NCBI GenBank assembly: GCA_903900265.1
Contig: CAIUMM010000226.1
Coordinates: 6,893-70,892 of the forward strand
From: an uncultured Pseudomonadota bacterium
GTDB taxonomy: Bacteria > Myxococcota_A > UBA796 > SXON01
Length of the DNA stretch: 64,000 nt
Direction of reading: 5' to 3'
Below, one piece after another: positions 1-8,816 of the stretch. The notes beneath the pieces are model-generated. The model made no database searches. It had not been told where the DNA came from and worked only from the letters and a program-made list of their open reading frames with translations. A program made the translations under genes and the position numbers. Each line of letters opens with the position of its first letter. Positions within the stretch are counted from its first letter, which is position 1.

Positions 1-159
1 AGATTCCACCGCGACCGTATACGGAAGATCGCTGACGACCACCACCGGGCTCAACGCGACCGCAGACGGTCGGGAGATCTCTCCGCCTACCTGCACACGC
101 GCGAGCGTCGCACATCCGCAAAGCAACAGCGTTCCCAGCAAATTCAGCGTTCGCGACAT
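1..159 (-). CDS. lipoprotein, 5' part only (gene runs off the left edge of the window)
   Basis: Minus-strand ATG at 159-157, open to position 1. My translation MSRTLNLLGTLLLCGCATLARVQVGG... has a signal peptide ending in a lipobox (LLCGC). It is absent from the ORF track because no stop lies in the window. Confidence 0.5.
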   Translation of the reverse strand, partial: MSRTLNLLGTLLLCGCATLARVQVGGEISRPSAVALSPVVVVSDLPYTVAVES

Positions 160-236
160 GGCCGCCCCTTACCGCGCCGATGCAACCTTGTCGCCATGCG
201 TTAGACGCCGACGCGTAGCACTTGTGGAGACTACCC

Positions 237-890
237 ATGCTTCTGCTCCTCGTCGCCCCCGCGCTCGCCGGCGTCTACAGCCAGCTCACCGCCGCCCCGG
301 CCGTCGTCTGGGCAGGCGCAGACTACAGCGCCGCCGAGATCTACGTGCCCGAGACCTTCACCGACCCCAACGAGAAGTTCTACTTCGCGCCTGGCGGCGG
401 GCTCCTCGACGTGGTGCGGCGGTTCAAGGATCCGCAAGAGGCGTTCAAGCTGCTGACCGAAGACTGGAACACCATGCTCCAGAACACGATGTTCAAGGAG
501 TTCGAGGAGGTGCTGCAGCGCAACCTCGTCGCCGATCTGCCTACGCCCGCCGGTCAGACGATCCACAAAGATCCGTACTTCTACTCCAACTACGAAGCCA
601 AAACCCACCCGAGCGCCTTCACCCGCGAGACCGTGGTCGGCTTGGTCAAGAAGTACAAGCTGAAGGAGAAAGAGGGCATCGGCCTCGCGTTCGTCGTGGA
701 GCGCCTTTCGGCCGACGACAAAGAGGGCTGCGTGTGGCCCACCTTCTTCGACATCAAGAAGAAAGAGGTCATCGAAACCGAACAGATGTGTGAAAAGCCC
801 GGCGGCGGCGAGTTCCGCAACCGCTGGCTGCGCCCCGTCACCAGCGTGTCCCAGAACGTGCTCAAAGAGCTGAAAGACGACGCGAAGTAG
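237..890 (+). CDS. secreted hypothetical protein
   Basis: Track ORF 222..890 (TTG). ATG 237 is preferred because GGAG lies about 8 nt upstream. N-terminus MLLLLVAPALAGVYS is signal-peptide-like. Codons are GC3-rich. I recognise no domain. Confidence 0.6.
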   Translation: MLLLLVAPALAGVYSQLTAAPAVVWAGADYSAAEIYVPETFTDPNEKFYFAPGGGLLDVVRRFKDPQEAFKLLTEDWNTMLQNTMFKEFEEVLQRNLVADLPTPAGQTIHKDPYFYSNYEAKTHPSAFTRETVVGLVKKYKLKEKEGIGLAFVVERLSADDKEGCVWPTFFDIKKKEVIETEQMCEKPGGGEFRNRWLRPVTSVSQNVLKELKDDAK

Positions 891-896
891 CGGGGA

Positions 897-1805
897 TCAG
901 CCCAGCTTTGGGAAGGCCCGACGCCACTCCTCGGGCGAGAAGCACGCGCAGTAGAGGGCGAGGGTCGCGAAGCTGAAGCCGCCGACCTCCATCGACGCCT
1001 CGATCCCCACGTGCATGCCAAACCCAACCGCGAGGATGAGCAAGCGCGCGTCGAGGCGGTTGAACAGTGACCGCAAGCGCCCAGTCCGCGTGCGGGTGTG
1101 CCGGAACCACATCGCCAGCACCAGCAGCGGCGCGGTGATCTCGAACATCCACGACACCACCGTCGCGACGCGCGTGGTCCACGCCACCGGCGCGAGCCAC
1201 AGCATCGGAATCCGCTGCCACGTCGGCTGCTGCAGGATGTACCAGAGCGCCATGTGATCGCCCCACGGCACCCAGTGCGCGCTCACCTTCTGCAACGCCG
1301 AGCTCAAGTACATCACGGCGAGCTGCAGGATCATCAGCCACCGAACGGCCGCGATCGAGGTTGAATCCGGGGAGCGCAGCACCGACAACCGGCGGTGCGC
1401 CCCGGACCACCCCAATAAGAACAGCTCGCTGGTGAGCAGCTCGTCGTAGGAGCCGCCGGCGTGGCCGTTGAGATCGGCGAGCACCCAGAACCCCAGCCAG
1501 GTCGCCCACGTCGCCCAGCGCGTCAGGCCCAGCGCCATCGCGAGCGACGCGAGCACCGTCCCGACCGCCAGCGGGTACACCAGCTCCGGCACAGCCCCGC
1601 CGAAGGAGCGCAGCACGCCGCCGTCGATCGCCCGCATGCCGCCGTGGGCCGCGTCGAGCCAGACCAGCTCGAGCGCGCCGGACGCGTACAGATACACGAT
1701 ATGAAATCCAACAATCAACGCGACACCGATGCGCACCAAGGCCACGGAGAGGCCGTCCTCGCGCCGCGCGCAGAGCTCCACCCATCGCGACCACCACGCG
1801 CTCAC
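897..1805 (-). CDS. HTTM (vitamin-K gamma-carboxylase-like) polytopic membrane protein
   Basis: Track ORF 897..1973. Trp-rich multi-pass membrane protein (LVRIGVALIVGFHIVYLY, WLGFWVLADLNGH, LMILQLAVMYLSSALQK) matching my memory of the HTTM family. Start set to GTG 1805, which overlaps the upstream stop as GTGA. The first 56 codons of the track ORF lie inside the upstream gene. Confidence 0.7.
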   Translation of the reverse strand: MSAWWSRWVELCARREDGLSVALVRIGVALIVGFHIVYLYASGALELVWLDAAHGGMRAIDGGVLRSFGGAVPELVYPLAVGTVLASLAMALGLTRWATWATWLGFWVLADLNGHAGGSYDELLTSELFLLGWSGAHRRLSVLRSPDSTSIAAVRWLMILQLAVMYLSSALQKVSAHWVPWGDHMALWYILQQPTWQRIPMLWLAPVAWTTRVATVVSWMFEITAPLLVLAMWFRHTRTRTGRLRSLFNRLDARLLILAVGFGMHVGIEASMEVGGFSFATLALYCACFSPEEWRRAFPKLG

Positions 1806-2461
1806 CGCGAACGCTCGACGACGACCGGGCGTATCCACGCGCCCTTGGGGGCAGTCCCGTCGAGCACCTGCTTGGGCGACGGCGTGCGCTGCTGGTAAAA
1901 CCGGCAGCGGATCGCCGACGTGTCCGACTCCGCAAAACGACGTTGCGCGAGCGCCTCGCAGGCGCGCTTCCACGACGCCTCATAGCCGGGCCAGCTCCAG
2001 CGAAAGACCGACGCGCGCATCCGCTCTACGCCGAAGGCCGACGCCATCCACGCGTGCGCCGGATCCCGCTCCTCGAAGATCGTCTCCCAGCCCTGCTCGG
2101 GATCGGGCGATTCCGCGACGCGCTCCTGGATCTGCAGCCGCGAAGGCGTCGTATGCGGCGCCACAAACATCTGCCAGGACTGGCGCGCGTGGGCCCACCC
2201 GAGGTAGCGATGAAAGGGCCGCACCACGGTGGAGCGCACCTGACTCCAACCAGAAGCAAAGGTCCAAAGCTGCTCTTCGAGCACCGGCTCATCGACGCCG
2301 ATGATGTCGGCCCAGGCCTTGAACTCGTCCTGTACCGTGGCCTCCTTCCAGGCCGCGCGCTTCAACCCGGCGGACGTGTCCGGCGTCGCGTCTACGACCA
2401 TCGCCACCGCGTGCCAAAGCACGGCCGCGGCGATCAAGTGACGCGTCCACGACGGCTGCAC
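1802..2461 (-). CDS. membrane-anchored hypothetical protein, translationally coupled to the HTTM gene
   Basis: Track ORF 1802..2611, but its 5' end lies inside ybiT. GTG 2461 is preceded by AAGGAG at 5 nt. N-terminal hydrophobic anchor (HLIAAAVLWHAVAMVV), Trp-rich soluble part, no motif recognised. Confidence 0.6.
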   Translation of the reverse strand: MQPSWTRHLIAAAVLWHAVAMVVDATPDTSAGLKRAAWKEATVQDEFKAWADIIGVDEPVLEEQLWTFASGWSQVRSTVVRPFHRYLGWAHARQSWQMFVAPHTTPSRLQIQERVAESPDPEQGWETIFEERDPAHAWMASAFGVERMRASVFRWSWPGYEASWKRACEALAQRRFAESDTSAIRCRFYQQRTPSPKQVLDGTAPKGAWIRPVVVERSR

Positions 2462-2481
2462 AAGGACTCCTTGGGTTGCGA

Positions 2482-4059
2482 CTACTTCTTCCGCGAACGA
2501 GCATACTCCGCGTAGCCGCCCGAGAACACTTCCACCTTGCCGTTCTCGACGAGCAAGATCTTGTTGGCGACGCCTTCGACCAGATCGCGGTCGTGGGAGA
2601 CGAAGATGCACGTGCCCTGGTAGGCCTCGATGCCGTCGCGCAGCGCCGAGATCGCCTCGAGATCCAGGTGATTGGTGGGCTCGTCCAGCAGCAGGACGTT
2701 GTACTTCAGCAGCATCAATCGGGCCATCAAGCCACGCACGCGCTCACCGCCCGAGAGCGTCGCCGTCGGCTTGTCGCCGTCTTCACCGGAGAACAACATC
2801 CGACCCAGCGCGGAGCGCACGCCTTCTTTTCCAGCGTCGGGCTTCTGCTCGAACATCCAGTCGAAGATCGTGAACCCAGGCGGGATCACGTGCTCATGCT
2901 CCTGAGGGAAGTACCCGACGTTGGTCTCGTGACCCCACTTGATGTTGCCGCGGAGCGACGGGATCTCGCCGATCAGCGTCTGGACCAGCGTGGTCTTTCC
3001 GGCGCCGTTCTTACCGATGATCGCGACCTTCTCGCCGCGCGTGAGGCTGAAGTGCAGGCCCTGGAAGATCGTGGTGTCGCCGTAGCCGCCGGCGAGCTTG
3101 TGCACTTCGAGCACGTCGCGGCCGCTGGGGCGCTCAAACTCAAAGCGGATGTACGGGCGCTGGATGTTCGAGCGCTTGATCTCGTCCGGGCGGAGGCGCT
3201 CAATCTCCTTTTTACGGCTCGCGGCCTGCGAGGAGCGCGTACCTGCGGCGAACCGGGAGACGAAGTCCTGAAGCTGCTTGACCTTCTCCAGCTTCTTGAT
3301 GTTCGCGGACTCGACCTGACCGCGAATCTGCGACTTCTGCCGCACCATTTCGTCGTAGTTACCGGGGTACTGGATGATCGTCTGGTAGTCGATGTCCGCG
3401 ATGTGCGTGCACACCTCGTTCAAGAAGTGACGGTCATGGGAGATCACGACCAGCACGCCGTTGTAGCTGTTGAGGAAGTCCTCAAGCCACGCGATGGACT
3501 CGATGTCGAGGTTGTTGGTCGGCTCGTCGAGCAGCAGCGCGTCGGGGCGCCCGAACAGCGCCTGCGCCAGCAGCACGCGGACCTTGAAGCCGCCTTTGAG
3601 CTCCGAGAGCGGGCGCTCGTGCGAAGACTGCTCGATGCCGAGGCCCTCCAAGAGCACCGAAGCGTCGGGCTCCGCGGTGTAGCCGTCTTCTTCCGACACC
3701 ACGCACTCCAGCTCGCCCAGACGCTCGCCGTCTTCGTCGCTCATCTCGGGCTGGGCGAAGATGCGGTCTTTTTCCTGCATCGCGTCCCAAAGGCGCGGAT
3801 TTCCGGAGATCACGACGTCCAACACCCGCATGGTGTCGAACAGGCTGTGGTCCTGCCGCAGGATGCCGAGGCGCTTGGGCCGGTACACATTGCCCTGATC
3901 CGCTTCGATGTCCCCGTTGAGGATCTTCATGAACGTGGACTTTCCAGCCCCGTTCGGCCCGGTCAAGCCGAAGCGCTTGCCTGGACCAAATGAGGTGTTC
4001 ACTTCTTCAAAAAGAAGCTTTCCACCGAAGCCTTTGGAAACATTAGATACAGTGATCAT
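2482..4059 (-). CDS. ybiT: ABC-F family ATPase (two ABC cassettes, no membrane domain), YbiT-like
   Basis: Track ORF 2482..4143; start at ATG 4059 (MITVSNVSKGFGG...). Walker A GPNGAGKST and GKNGAGKTT, second signature LSGGE, no TM segments. Collinear with E. coli YbiT as I remember it (LDEPTNNLDI, ISHDRHFLN, YPGNYDE). Confidence 0.9.
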   Translation of the reverse strand: MITVSNVSKGFGGKLLFEEVNTSFGPGKRFGLTGPNGAGKSTFMKILNGDIEADQGNVYRPKRLGILRQDHSLFDTMRVLDVVISGNPRLWDAMQEKDRIFAQPEMSDEDGERLGELECVVSEEDGYTAEPDASVLLEGLGIEQSSHERPLSELKGGFKVRVLLAQALFGRPDALLLDEPTNNLDIESIAWLEDFLNSYNGVLVVISHDRHFLNEVCTHIADIDYQTIIQYPGNYDEMVRQKSQIRGQVESANIKKLEKVKQLQDFVSRFAAGTRSSQAASRKKEIERLRPDEIKRSNIQRPYIRFEFERPSGRDVLEVHKLAGGYGDTTIFQGLHFSLTRGEKVAIIGKNGAGKTTLVQTLIGEIPSLRGNIKWGHETNVGYFPQEHEHVIPPGFTIFDWMFEQKPDAGKEGVRSALGRMLFSGEDGDKPTATLSGGERVRGLMARLMLLKYNVLLLDEPTNHLDLEAISALRDGIEAYQGTCIFVSHDRDLVEGVANKILLVENGKVEVFSGGYAEYARSRKK

Positions 4060-4182
4060 CGGGTGCTCGTGCGGGTCGGGCGGATAACGCGCGGTGGGCA
4101 AAGGCGCCCCCTGAACCTCCATCCGGTTAGGCAACGACGCCAAAACGTCGCAACGCTACGCTCCCGATCCCAAGGTCCTCCC

Positions 4183-6327
4183 ATGCCCAACCACCCGCAC
4201 CGCGACGCCATCCTCGCGGCCATCCTGCAGGCGATGCGCGCGCGCGTCGGAGAGTCCGAGAGCGCCGAGGCCACGACCGCGTTCGCGACCGCAGCGCTCG
4301 CCCAGACGCGCACCTCTAGCGTAGAGAACGTGCCGCCTTCCGCAGCGGCCGCAGGGTTGAGTGAGCTCTGGGACTTCGTGCGCGACGCCCAGCCGGTCGG
4401 GCCGAACGTGAAGGTGCGCGCCGAGGGGAGCGGCGCGGTGCTGCTGTCGTCGATGGCCGACCAGCCGTTCATCGTCGACACGATTCGCAAGGCGCTGCGC
4501 GCCCGAGGCGCTATAGACGTAGCCGGTGTGCACGTGATCCTCCGTGTCGCCCGCAGCGCAGGCCCAGTCCGCCTCGGTGCAGACGGGGAGGGTCGGGCTG
4601 AGTCGGCGCTGCGCTTCCGCTTTGACGGCGTACCGAGCAGCGAACTACCCGCGATGGAGGACGACCTTCGGGATCGGTTGCGCCTCGCGTGCAGCGTGGT
4701 CGGTGATTTTGAGAGCATGACCGCGGCCATCGAAGCGACGGCCGACTCCGCACTTCAGGCGTCGGGAGAGGATGCCATTGAAGCGGCCGAGTTTCTGCGC
4801 TGGATGCTCGCAGAGAACTTTGTCATCCTCGGCGTCACGCGCACCGCGGTAAACGCGCCGGATCTGAGGCTGGGCGCCGATCGCATCGTCAGCCCGCTCT
4901 GGCCCGCGGCCGGGACCGGCAGCTTTGCCGGCATCGTGCAAGTCCGCAAAGGCAACGTCGAAGCTCCGGTACACCGCAACGGTCGCGTCGACGTCATCCG
5001 CATCGCCCTCCCCGGCAGCCAGACCGTGGTGCGCGGCCTGTTCACGCACCGCGCGCTGACCCAACCGTGCAGGCACCTGCCGATCTTGCGCCGCGCCCTC
5101 GCCGGGGTGCTCGCCGACACCCGCCAGCGCCCGAACAGCTACCGGTACCGCGGTCTGGCAAACATCTTCGACTCCCTGCCTACCGAATGGCTTTTTTCGG
5201 CAACCGCCGATCAGATCCGGTCGGTGATCGAGCTGGTTTTTGACGCCGAGCAAGACCAGCAGGTGCGCGTGCACGTGGCCCAACAGGACGAAGGGAGCAC
5301 GACGTTCACGCTCATCTCCATCCCCGAGCGCCGCTACTCCGAGGAGCTGCGCGATCGCGTACAGCAGCAGCTCGCTTCGGTGACCGGCGCGAACTACACC
5401 GACTCGGGCTTGTTCGCCGGCCGCTACGACTCAGTGCTGTTGCAGGTCTATCAGACCGGTACCCGAGCGTTGACCGCCGAGGACTGCGCTGCGCTGCAGC
5501 AGCAGATCACCGCGCTGACCACGCCGCGGGGGGACCGCGCAGGGGCGACCCCGGGCGCCTTCCGGGACAGCGCCGGCGATTGGACCGCGACGACCGAGCC
5601 CGCCGCCCGCTCGGTGACCGTGCTCATGGATCTGACCGGCGCGAGCGCAGCGCAGGTGGCCGACGCGTGGCGAGCAGCGATCGCCCGCACGCAAGGCTCG
5701 CAGATCCTCACCGATCTGCGCGACGCCAGCGCAGAACCCGCGGGCAAAGCCTTCGCGTGGACGCTGTACACCGACGGCATCGAAGCCCTCGTCGCGAGCT
5801 GGCTCAGCGCAGCGCGTGACAGCGCTGCCGACGCACACGCAGCAGACTTCAACACCGCGCTGAGCGCGCTCGCCCTCCATGCCGGCGAGGCCCCTGCCCG
5901 CCCGGGAAACGCCACCATCGCGCAGCACGTCGCCAATGGCATCCCCGAAGCCCTCGCTATGCGCATCGTCGACGCCTCGAACGCCCTCTACGCCGACGAG
6001 ATCTGCGTCATCGCGCAGGCCAACAACGCGTCCATCGCGGACGCAGCCCAGCGCTACGCGGCGGTCGGTCAGACCACCGGGCTGATCGCGGTGATCGGCG
6101 CCGCCCCGCCCGGCGAATCGCGCTGGGCCCCCCTCGCCCGGCACATCCTACGGCTACGCTACACCGCCCTCCTGAGGGTGCTGGTGCTCGGGGTGAGCGG
6201 CCGCGGGGGAGCAGCCACCCCGGAGACGCTGACGCGCATCGCAACCATCCTGCAGCGCGTCGTCGGCGCGAACCCCGACGTCGCTGCGCTGGTCGCCGCG
6301 GAGCATCAGATCCGCGCGGTGCGGTAG
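4183..6327 (+). CDS. NAD-specific glutamate dehydrogenase (large bacterial GDH)-like protein with regulatory regions only; catalytic core apparently absent
   Basis: Track ORF 4063..6327; ATG 4183. The N-terminal part resembles the ACT-like region of ~1600-aa NAD-GDH (AEFLRWMLAENFVILGV, FTLISIPERRYSEELRDRVQQQL). The C-terminal ~150 aa resembles its C-terminal helical region (GIPEALAMRIVDASNALYADEICVIAQ...ESRWAPLARHIL). I found no dehydrogenase or Rossmann segment in between. Confidence 0.6.
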   Translation: MPNHPHRDAILAAILQAMRARVGESESAEATTAFATAALAQTRTSSVENVPPSAAAAGLSELWDFVRDAQPVGPNVKVRAEGSGAVLLSSMADQPFIVDTIRKALRARGAIDVAGVHVILRVARSAGPVRLGADGEGRAESALRFRFDGVPSSELPAMEDDLRDRLRLACSVVGDFESMTAAIEATADSALQASGEDAIEAAEFLRWMLAENFVILGVTRTAVNAPDLRLGADRIVSPLWPAAGTGSFAGIVQVRKGNVEAPVHRNGRVDVIRIALPGSQTVVRGLFTHRALTQPCRHLPILRRALAGVLADTRQRPNSYRYRGLANIFDSLPTEWLFSATADQIRSVIELVFDAEQDQQVRVHVAQQDEGSTTFTLISIPERRYSEELRDRVQQQLASVTGANYTDSGLFAGRYDSVLLQVYQTGTRALTAEDCAALQQQITALTTPRGDRAGATPGAFRDSAGDWTATTEPAARSVTVLMDLTGASAAQVADAWRAAIARTQGSQILTDLRDASAEPAGKAFAWTLYTDGIEALVASWLSAARDSAADAHAADFNTALSALALHAGEAPARPGNATIAQHVANGIPEALAMRIVDASNALYADEICVIAQANNASIADAAQRYAAVGQTTGLIAVIGAAPPGESRWAPLARHILRLRYTALLRVLVLGVSGRGGAATPETLTRIATILQRVVGANPDVAALVAAEHQIRAVR

Positions 6328-6354
6328 CCCGCGCGGACCGAATGCGTCCAAACC

Positions 6355-8010
6355 TTAAGGGCTGACCGGGAGCGCCAGCGGCTGCTCGTCCGAGGACGAA
6401 GGCTGCGCCGGTGCATCATCCCAACCGTCTTCGAGTCCGGGAGCGGGCGCCCAAGTGTCCGGGTTGGCGGAACGGTACTCGACGTCGCTCACCCAGTAGC
6501 CATCCACCCACTCGTTGCCGTCGAACCACCCAGGGATCCACGTGCTTCCAGGACGATCCTCCATCGGCTCCCAGTACCCACCCTCGTAGATGCCGTCTTC
6601 GTCGTACGCCGCGCTGACCCAACGGTAGCCCTTGCGCATCGCCGGACGCCAGAACCCTTCGATCCAGTCGGCGCCGTCCCAGTAGCCGGCCTCCCAGACG
6701 TAGCCGGCGGGCGCCTGCGCGTTCGGTTCCCAGTGGCCCCAAACGTAGGTTCCGTCTGCCGTCCAGCGACCGTCCCTCCACGCCCACGAGGAGCCGCGGC
6801 TGGGGATGCGCCAGTAGCCTTCGATGTAGGTGTCACCCACCCACCAGCCGGGCACGTACACCCAATGGCTCCCCCAAGAAGCAGGCGCCGGACCCGCCGG
6901 GGTCCAGTGACCAGGGACCCACCAGCCGTCATAATGACCGGGCACCCACACCCAACCCGCACGCGCAGGCGGCGACCAATCGTAAAGCCAAGCGTGAACC
7001 GCGTAGTTGAAGGTCACCACCGCGACGGTCGCGTGCACCCACCGGTAGTACGGATGCACCCACCAGTGCGTGTACCGCGCGCTGTAGTAGCGGGCGGGCG
7101 GCGGCGCGTGCCGCGCGTCCGGGTACGCGCGCACATGATGCGGGGCCGGCCGGGCGTAGCGATGATCGCGACTGTGGTAGGGCGAAGGCGGACGAGGATC
7201 CCGCGCCCGCTCTACCGCAGTGCGCTCCGCAGCGGGACGGGCCGTGTGTGCGGCGTCAGCGCGGGCAGGGACCGGCGTAGAACGACCATCCGGTGCGGGT
7301 CGGGAGACCGTCTGCCGCTCCACACCGCTGCCGGGAGCGCGATCGGGGGAGCGTTCCGCGCTGGCTGCGGACGGGTTGCGCTGTGCATCCCCCTCAGAGG
7401 TCGGCGTCGGGCGCATCGGCTGGGTCGTAGTCGTCGGCGTGCGCGTGTCGGATTCGGTCGAGCGCGCAGGGTCCGAAGTCCGCGTAGGTTCGGGAGCGCG
7501 CGTCGCGGGGTCCGAAGTCCGCGTAGGGTCCGAAGTCCGCGCAGGGTCCGAAGTCCGCGTAGGTTCGGGAGCGCGCGTCGCAGGCTCAGAAGTCCGCGTA
7601 GGTTCGGGAGCGCGCGTCGCAGGGTCCGAAGTCCGCGCAGGGTCCGAAGTCCGCGAAGGGTCCGAAGTCCGCGAGGGGTCCGAAGTCCGCGTAGGTTCGG
7701 GAGCGCGCGAAGGTTCCGAAGTCCGCGAAGGCTCCGGAGAGCGCGGGGGCGTAGAAGGCGTGCGCGCGGGCGCAGGGGGCGTGCGCGCGGGCGTTGCGGG
7801 CGTGCGCGTGGGCGTGGCGGGCGCAGGCTTGGAAGGCGTGGCCGGCTTCGCGGTCTCCTTTTTCGCGGGAGGCGCTTTCTTAGAGTCGTCCCGCTTTTTT
7901 CCGTCTTCTGCCGTGGGGGCACCGGCGTGCGCCGACGACACCGGGGCGCTCAACGTCGCACCAAGGAGGAGGAACGCCAACCAATGGGAGGAGCGAGGGA
8001 GCAACATCAT
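6355..8010 (-). CDS. secreted repeat protein: Pro/Thr/Ser/Arg-rich tandem repeats plus C-terminal Trp/Tyr/Gly-rich (WxxGxW-type) repeats
   Basis: Track ORF 6355..8112; ATG 8010 gives MMLLPRSSHWLAFLLLGATLSAPVSSAHA (signal peptide). The central part is hexapeptide repeats ([ST]RTSDP, ATRAPEPTRTS[DE]P). The C-terminus has repeated GYWxG/WVxGxW units (YVWGHWEP, GYWDGADWIEGFWRP, WVDGYWV). Confidence 0.75.
   Translation of the reverse strand: MMLLPRSSHWLAFLLLGATLSAPVSSAHAGAPTAEDGKKRDDSKKAPPAKKETAKPATPSKPAPATPTRTPATPARTPPAPARTPSTPPRSPEPSRTSEPSRAPEPTRTSDPSRTSDPSRTSDPARTSDPATRAPEPTRTSEPATRAPEPTRTSDPARTSDPTRTSDPATRAPEPTRTSDPARSTESDTRTPTTTTQPMRPTPTSEGDAQRNPSAASAERSPDRAPGSGVERQTVSRPAPDGRSTPVPARADAAHTARPAAERTAVERARDPRPPSPYHSRDHRYARPAPHHVRAYPDARHAPPPARYYSARYTHWWVHPYYRWVHATVAVVTFNYAVHAWLYDWSPPARAGWVWVPGHYDGWWVPGHWTPAGPAPASWGSHWVYVPGWWVGDTYIEGYWRIPSRGSSWAWRDGRWTADGTYVWGHWEPNAQAPAGYVWEAGYWDGADWIEGFWRPAMRKGYRWVSAAYDEDGIYEGGYWEPMEDRPGSTWIPGWFDGNEWVDGYWVSDVEYRSANPDTWAPAPGLEDGWDDAPAQPSSSDEQPLALPVSP
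7471..7745 (-). repeat. in-frame coding tandem repeat (18-bp unit GGGTCCGAAGTCCGCGNA interleaved with a ~39-42-bp composite unit)
   Basis: Direct reading of 7471-7745 shows more than 10 near-identical 18-bp units with no spacers. They encode the RTSDP/PEPTRTS peptide repeats of the 6355..8010 CDS. Confidence 0.85.
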
Positions 8011-8102
8011 GCCATCCAGGGACAAAGGGATTCTAAACACGGCCGCGCGGTTGATGCACACCCGTGCCAAGCTAACGCCCCAAACTCGCCGGTTATTCAC
8101 GT

Positions 8103-8141
8103 CCAAAAGCAAACCCCTCCCCGGCGTGTGCCGGAGAGGGG
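8103..8141 (-). terminator. rho-independent terminator candidate downstream of the cyclophilin gene
   Basis: On the minus strand: CCCCTCTCCGG-CACACG-CCGGGGAGGGG hairpin (8141-8114), followed by TTTGCTTTTGG (8113-8103), about 35 nt after the stop at 8177. Confidence 0.6.
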
Positions 8142-8176
8142 CTGCTTATACCGTCGGAGGACCGCGGTACCGCGAA

Positions 8177-8767
8177 CTACGCGGGGCGATCGCCGCGGTA
8201 GACGAGCACCTGGATCAACTTGACCGGGGTGAGCGGCTTGTTGTTCTGGTTCTGCGGGACGCGGGTGATCTGGGGCACGAGCGCCATGCCGTCGATGACC
8301 TTGCCAAACACGGCGTGCTTGCCGTCGAGCCAGGGGGTCACGACCTCAGTGAGGAAGAACTGGCTGCCGTTGGTGTTCGGGCCCGCGTTCGCCATCGAGA
8401 GCAAGCCCGGACGGTCGTGGCGCAGCTTGAGCGCAGCGGCCTCGTCCTTCCACTTGTAGCCGGGGCCGCCGGTGCCTTCGCCCTTCGGGTCCCCGCCCTG
8501 GATCATGAAGTCCTTGATGACGCGGTGAAAGATCGTGCCGTCGTACATCGGGCGCTTGGACTTGACACCAGTAGGATCGGTCCACTCGACCGCGCCAGTC
8601 GCGAGGCCGACAAAGTTCGCGACGGTGCGCGGGGCTTCTTTCTCGTAGAACTCGACTTCGATGTCGCCCATGCTGGTCTTGAAGAGCGCGCGGAGCGGGC
8701 CTTCGCCGGGGACGGATTCGGAGGCGGGAGGAGCGGGGGAATCGGGAGCGTTGCCGAAGCTGAACAT
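8177..8767 (-). CDS. peptidyl-prolyl cis-trans isomerase, cyclophilin type
   Basis: Track ORF 8177..8779 (TTG); ATG 8767 has GGAG 6 nt upstream. Cyclophilin motifs: [41 protein letters not shown]. Confidence 0.9.
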   Translation of the reverse strand: MFSFGNAPDSPAPPASESVPGEGPLRALFKTSMGDIEVEFYEKEAPRTVANFVGLATGAVEWTDPTGVKSKRPMYDGTIFHRVIKDFMIQGGDPKGEGTGGPGYKWKDEAAALKLRHDRPGLLSMANAGPNTNGSQFFLTEVVTPWLDGKHAVFGKVIDGMALVPQITRVPQNQNNKPLTPVKLIQVLVYRGDRPA

Positions 8768-8816
8768 GAAAAACTCCAAGGGCGGAGAGCCCGGAAGGGG
8801 TGACGAAATCCGAAGA

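Noticed and set aside
862-1983. 373-aa minus-strand ORF overlapping the HTTM gene in another frame
   Set aside because: It is Arg-rich and low-complexity. The HTTM frame gives a coherent polytopic membrane protein.
2476-3993. 505-aa + strand ORF
   Set aside because: It is antisense to ybiT (clear ABC-F motifs on the minus strand), so it is a shadow ORF.
7471-7745. Regular 18-bp direct repeats that superficially look array-like (CRISPR?)
   Set aside because: The units are contiguous with no spacers. They are in frame within the 6355..8010 CDS and encode peptide repeats. There are no cas genes in the window.
6733-8803. ORFs 6733..8223 (+), 7220..8803 (+) and 7212..7922 (-)
   Set aside because: These are alternative-frame or antisense readings of the repeat gene and the cyclophilin gene. 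Their Arg-rich repeats are artefacts of the tandem DNA repeat.
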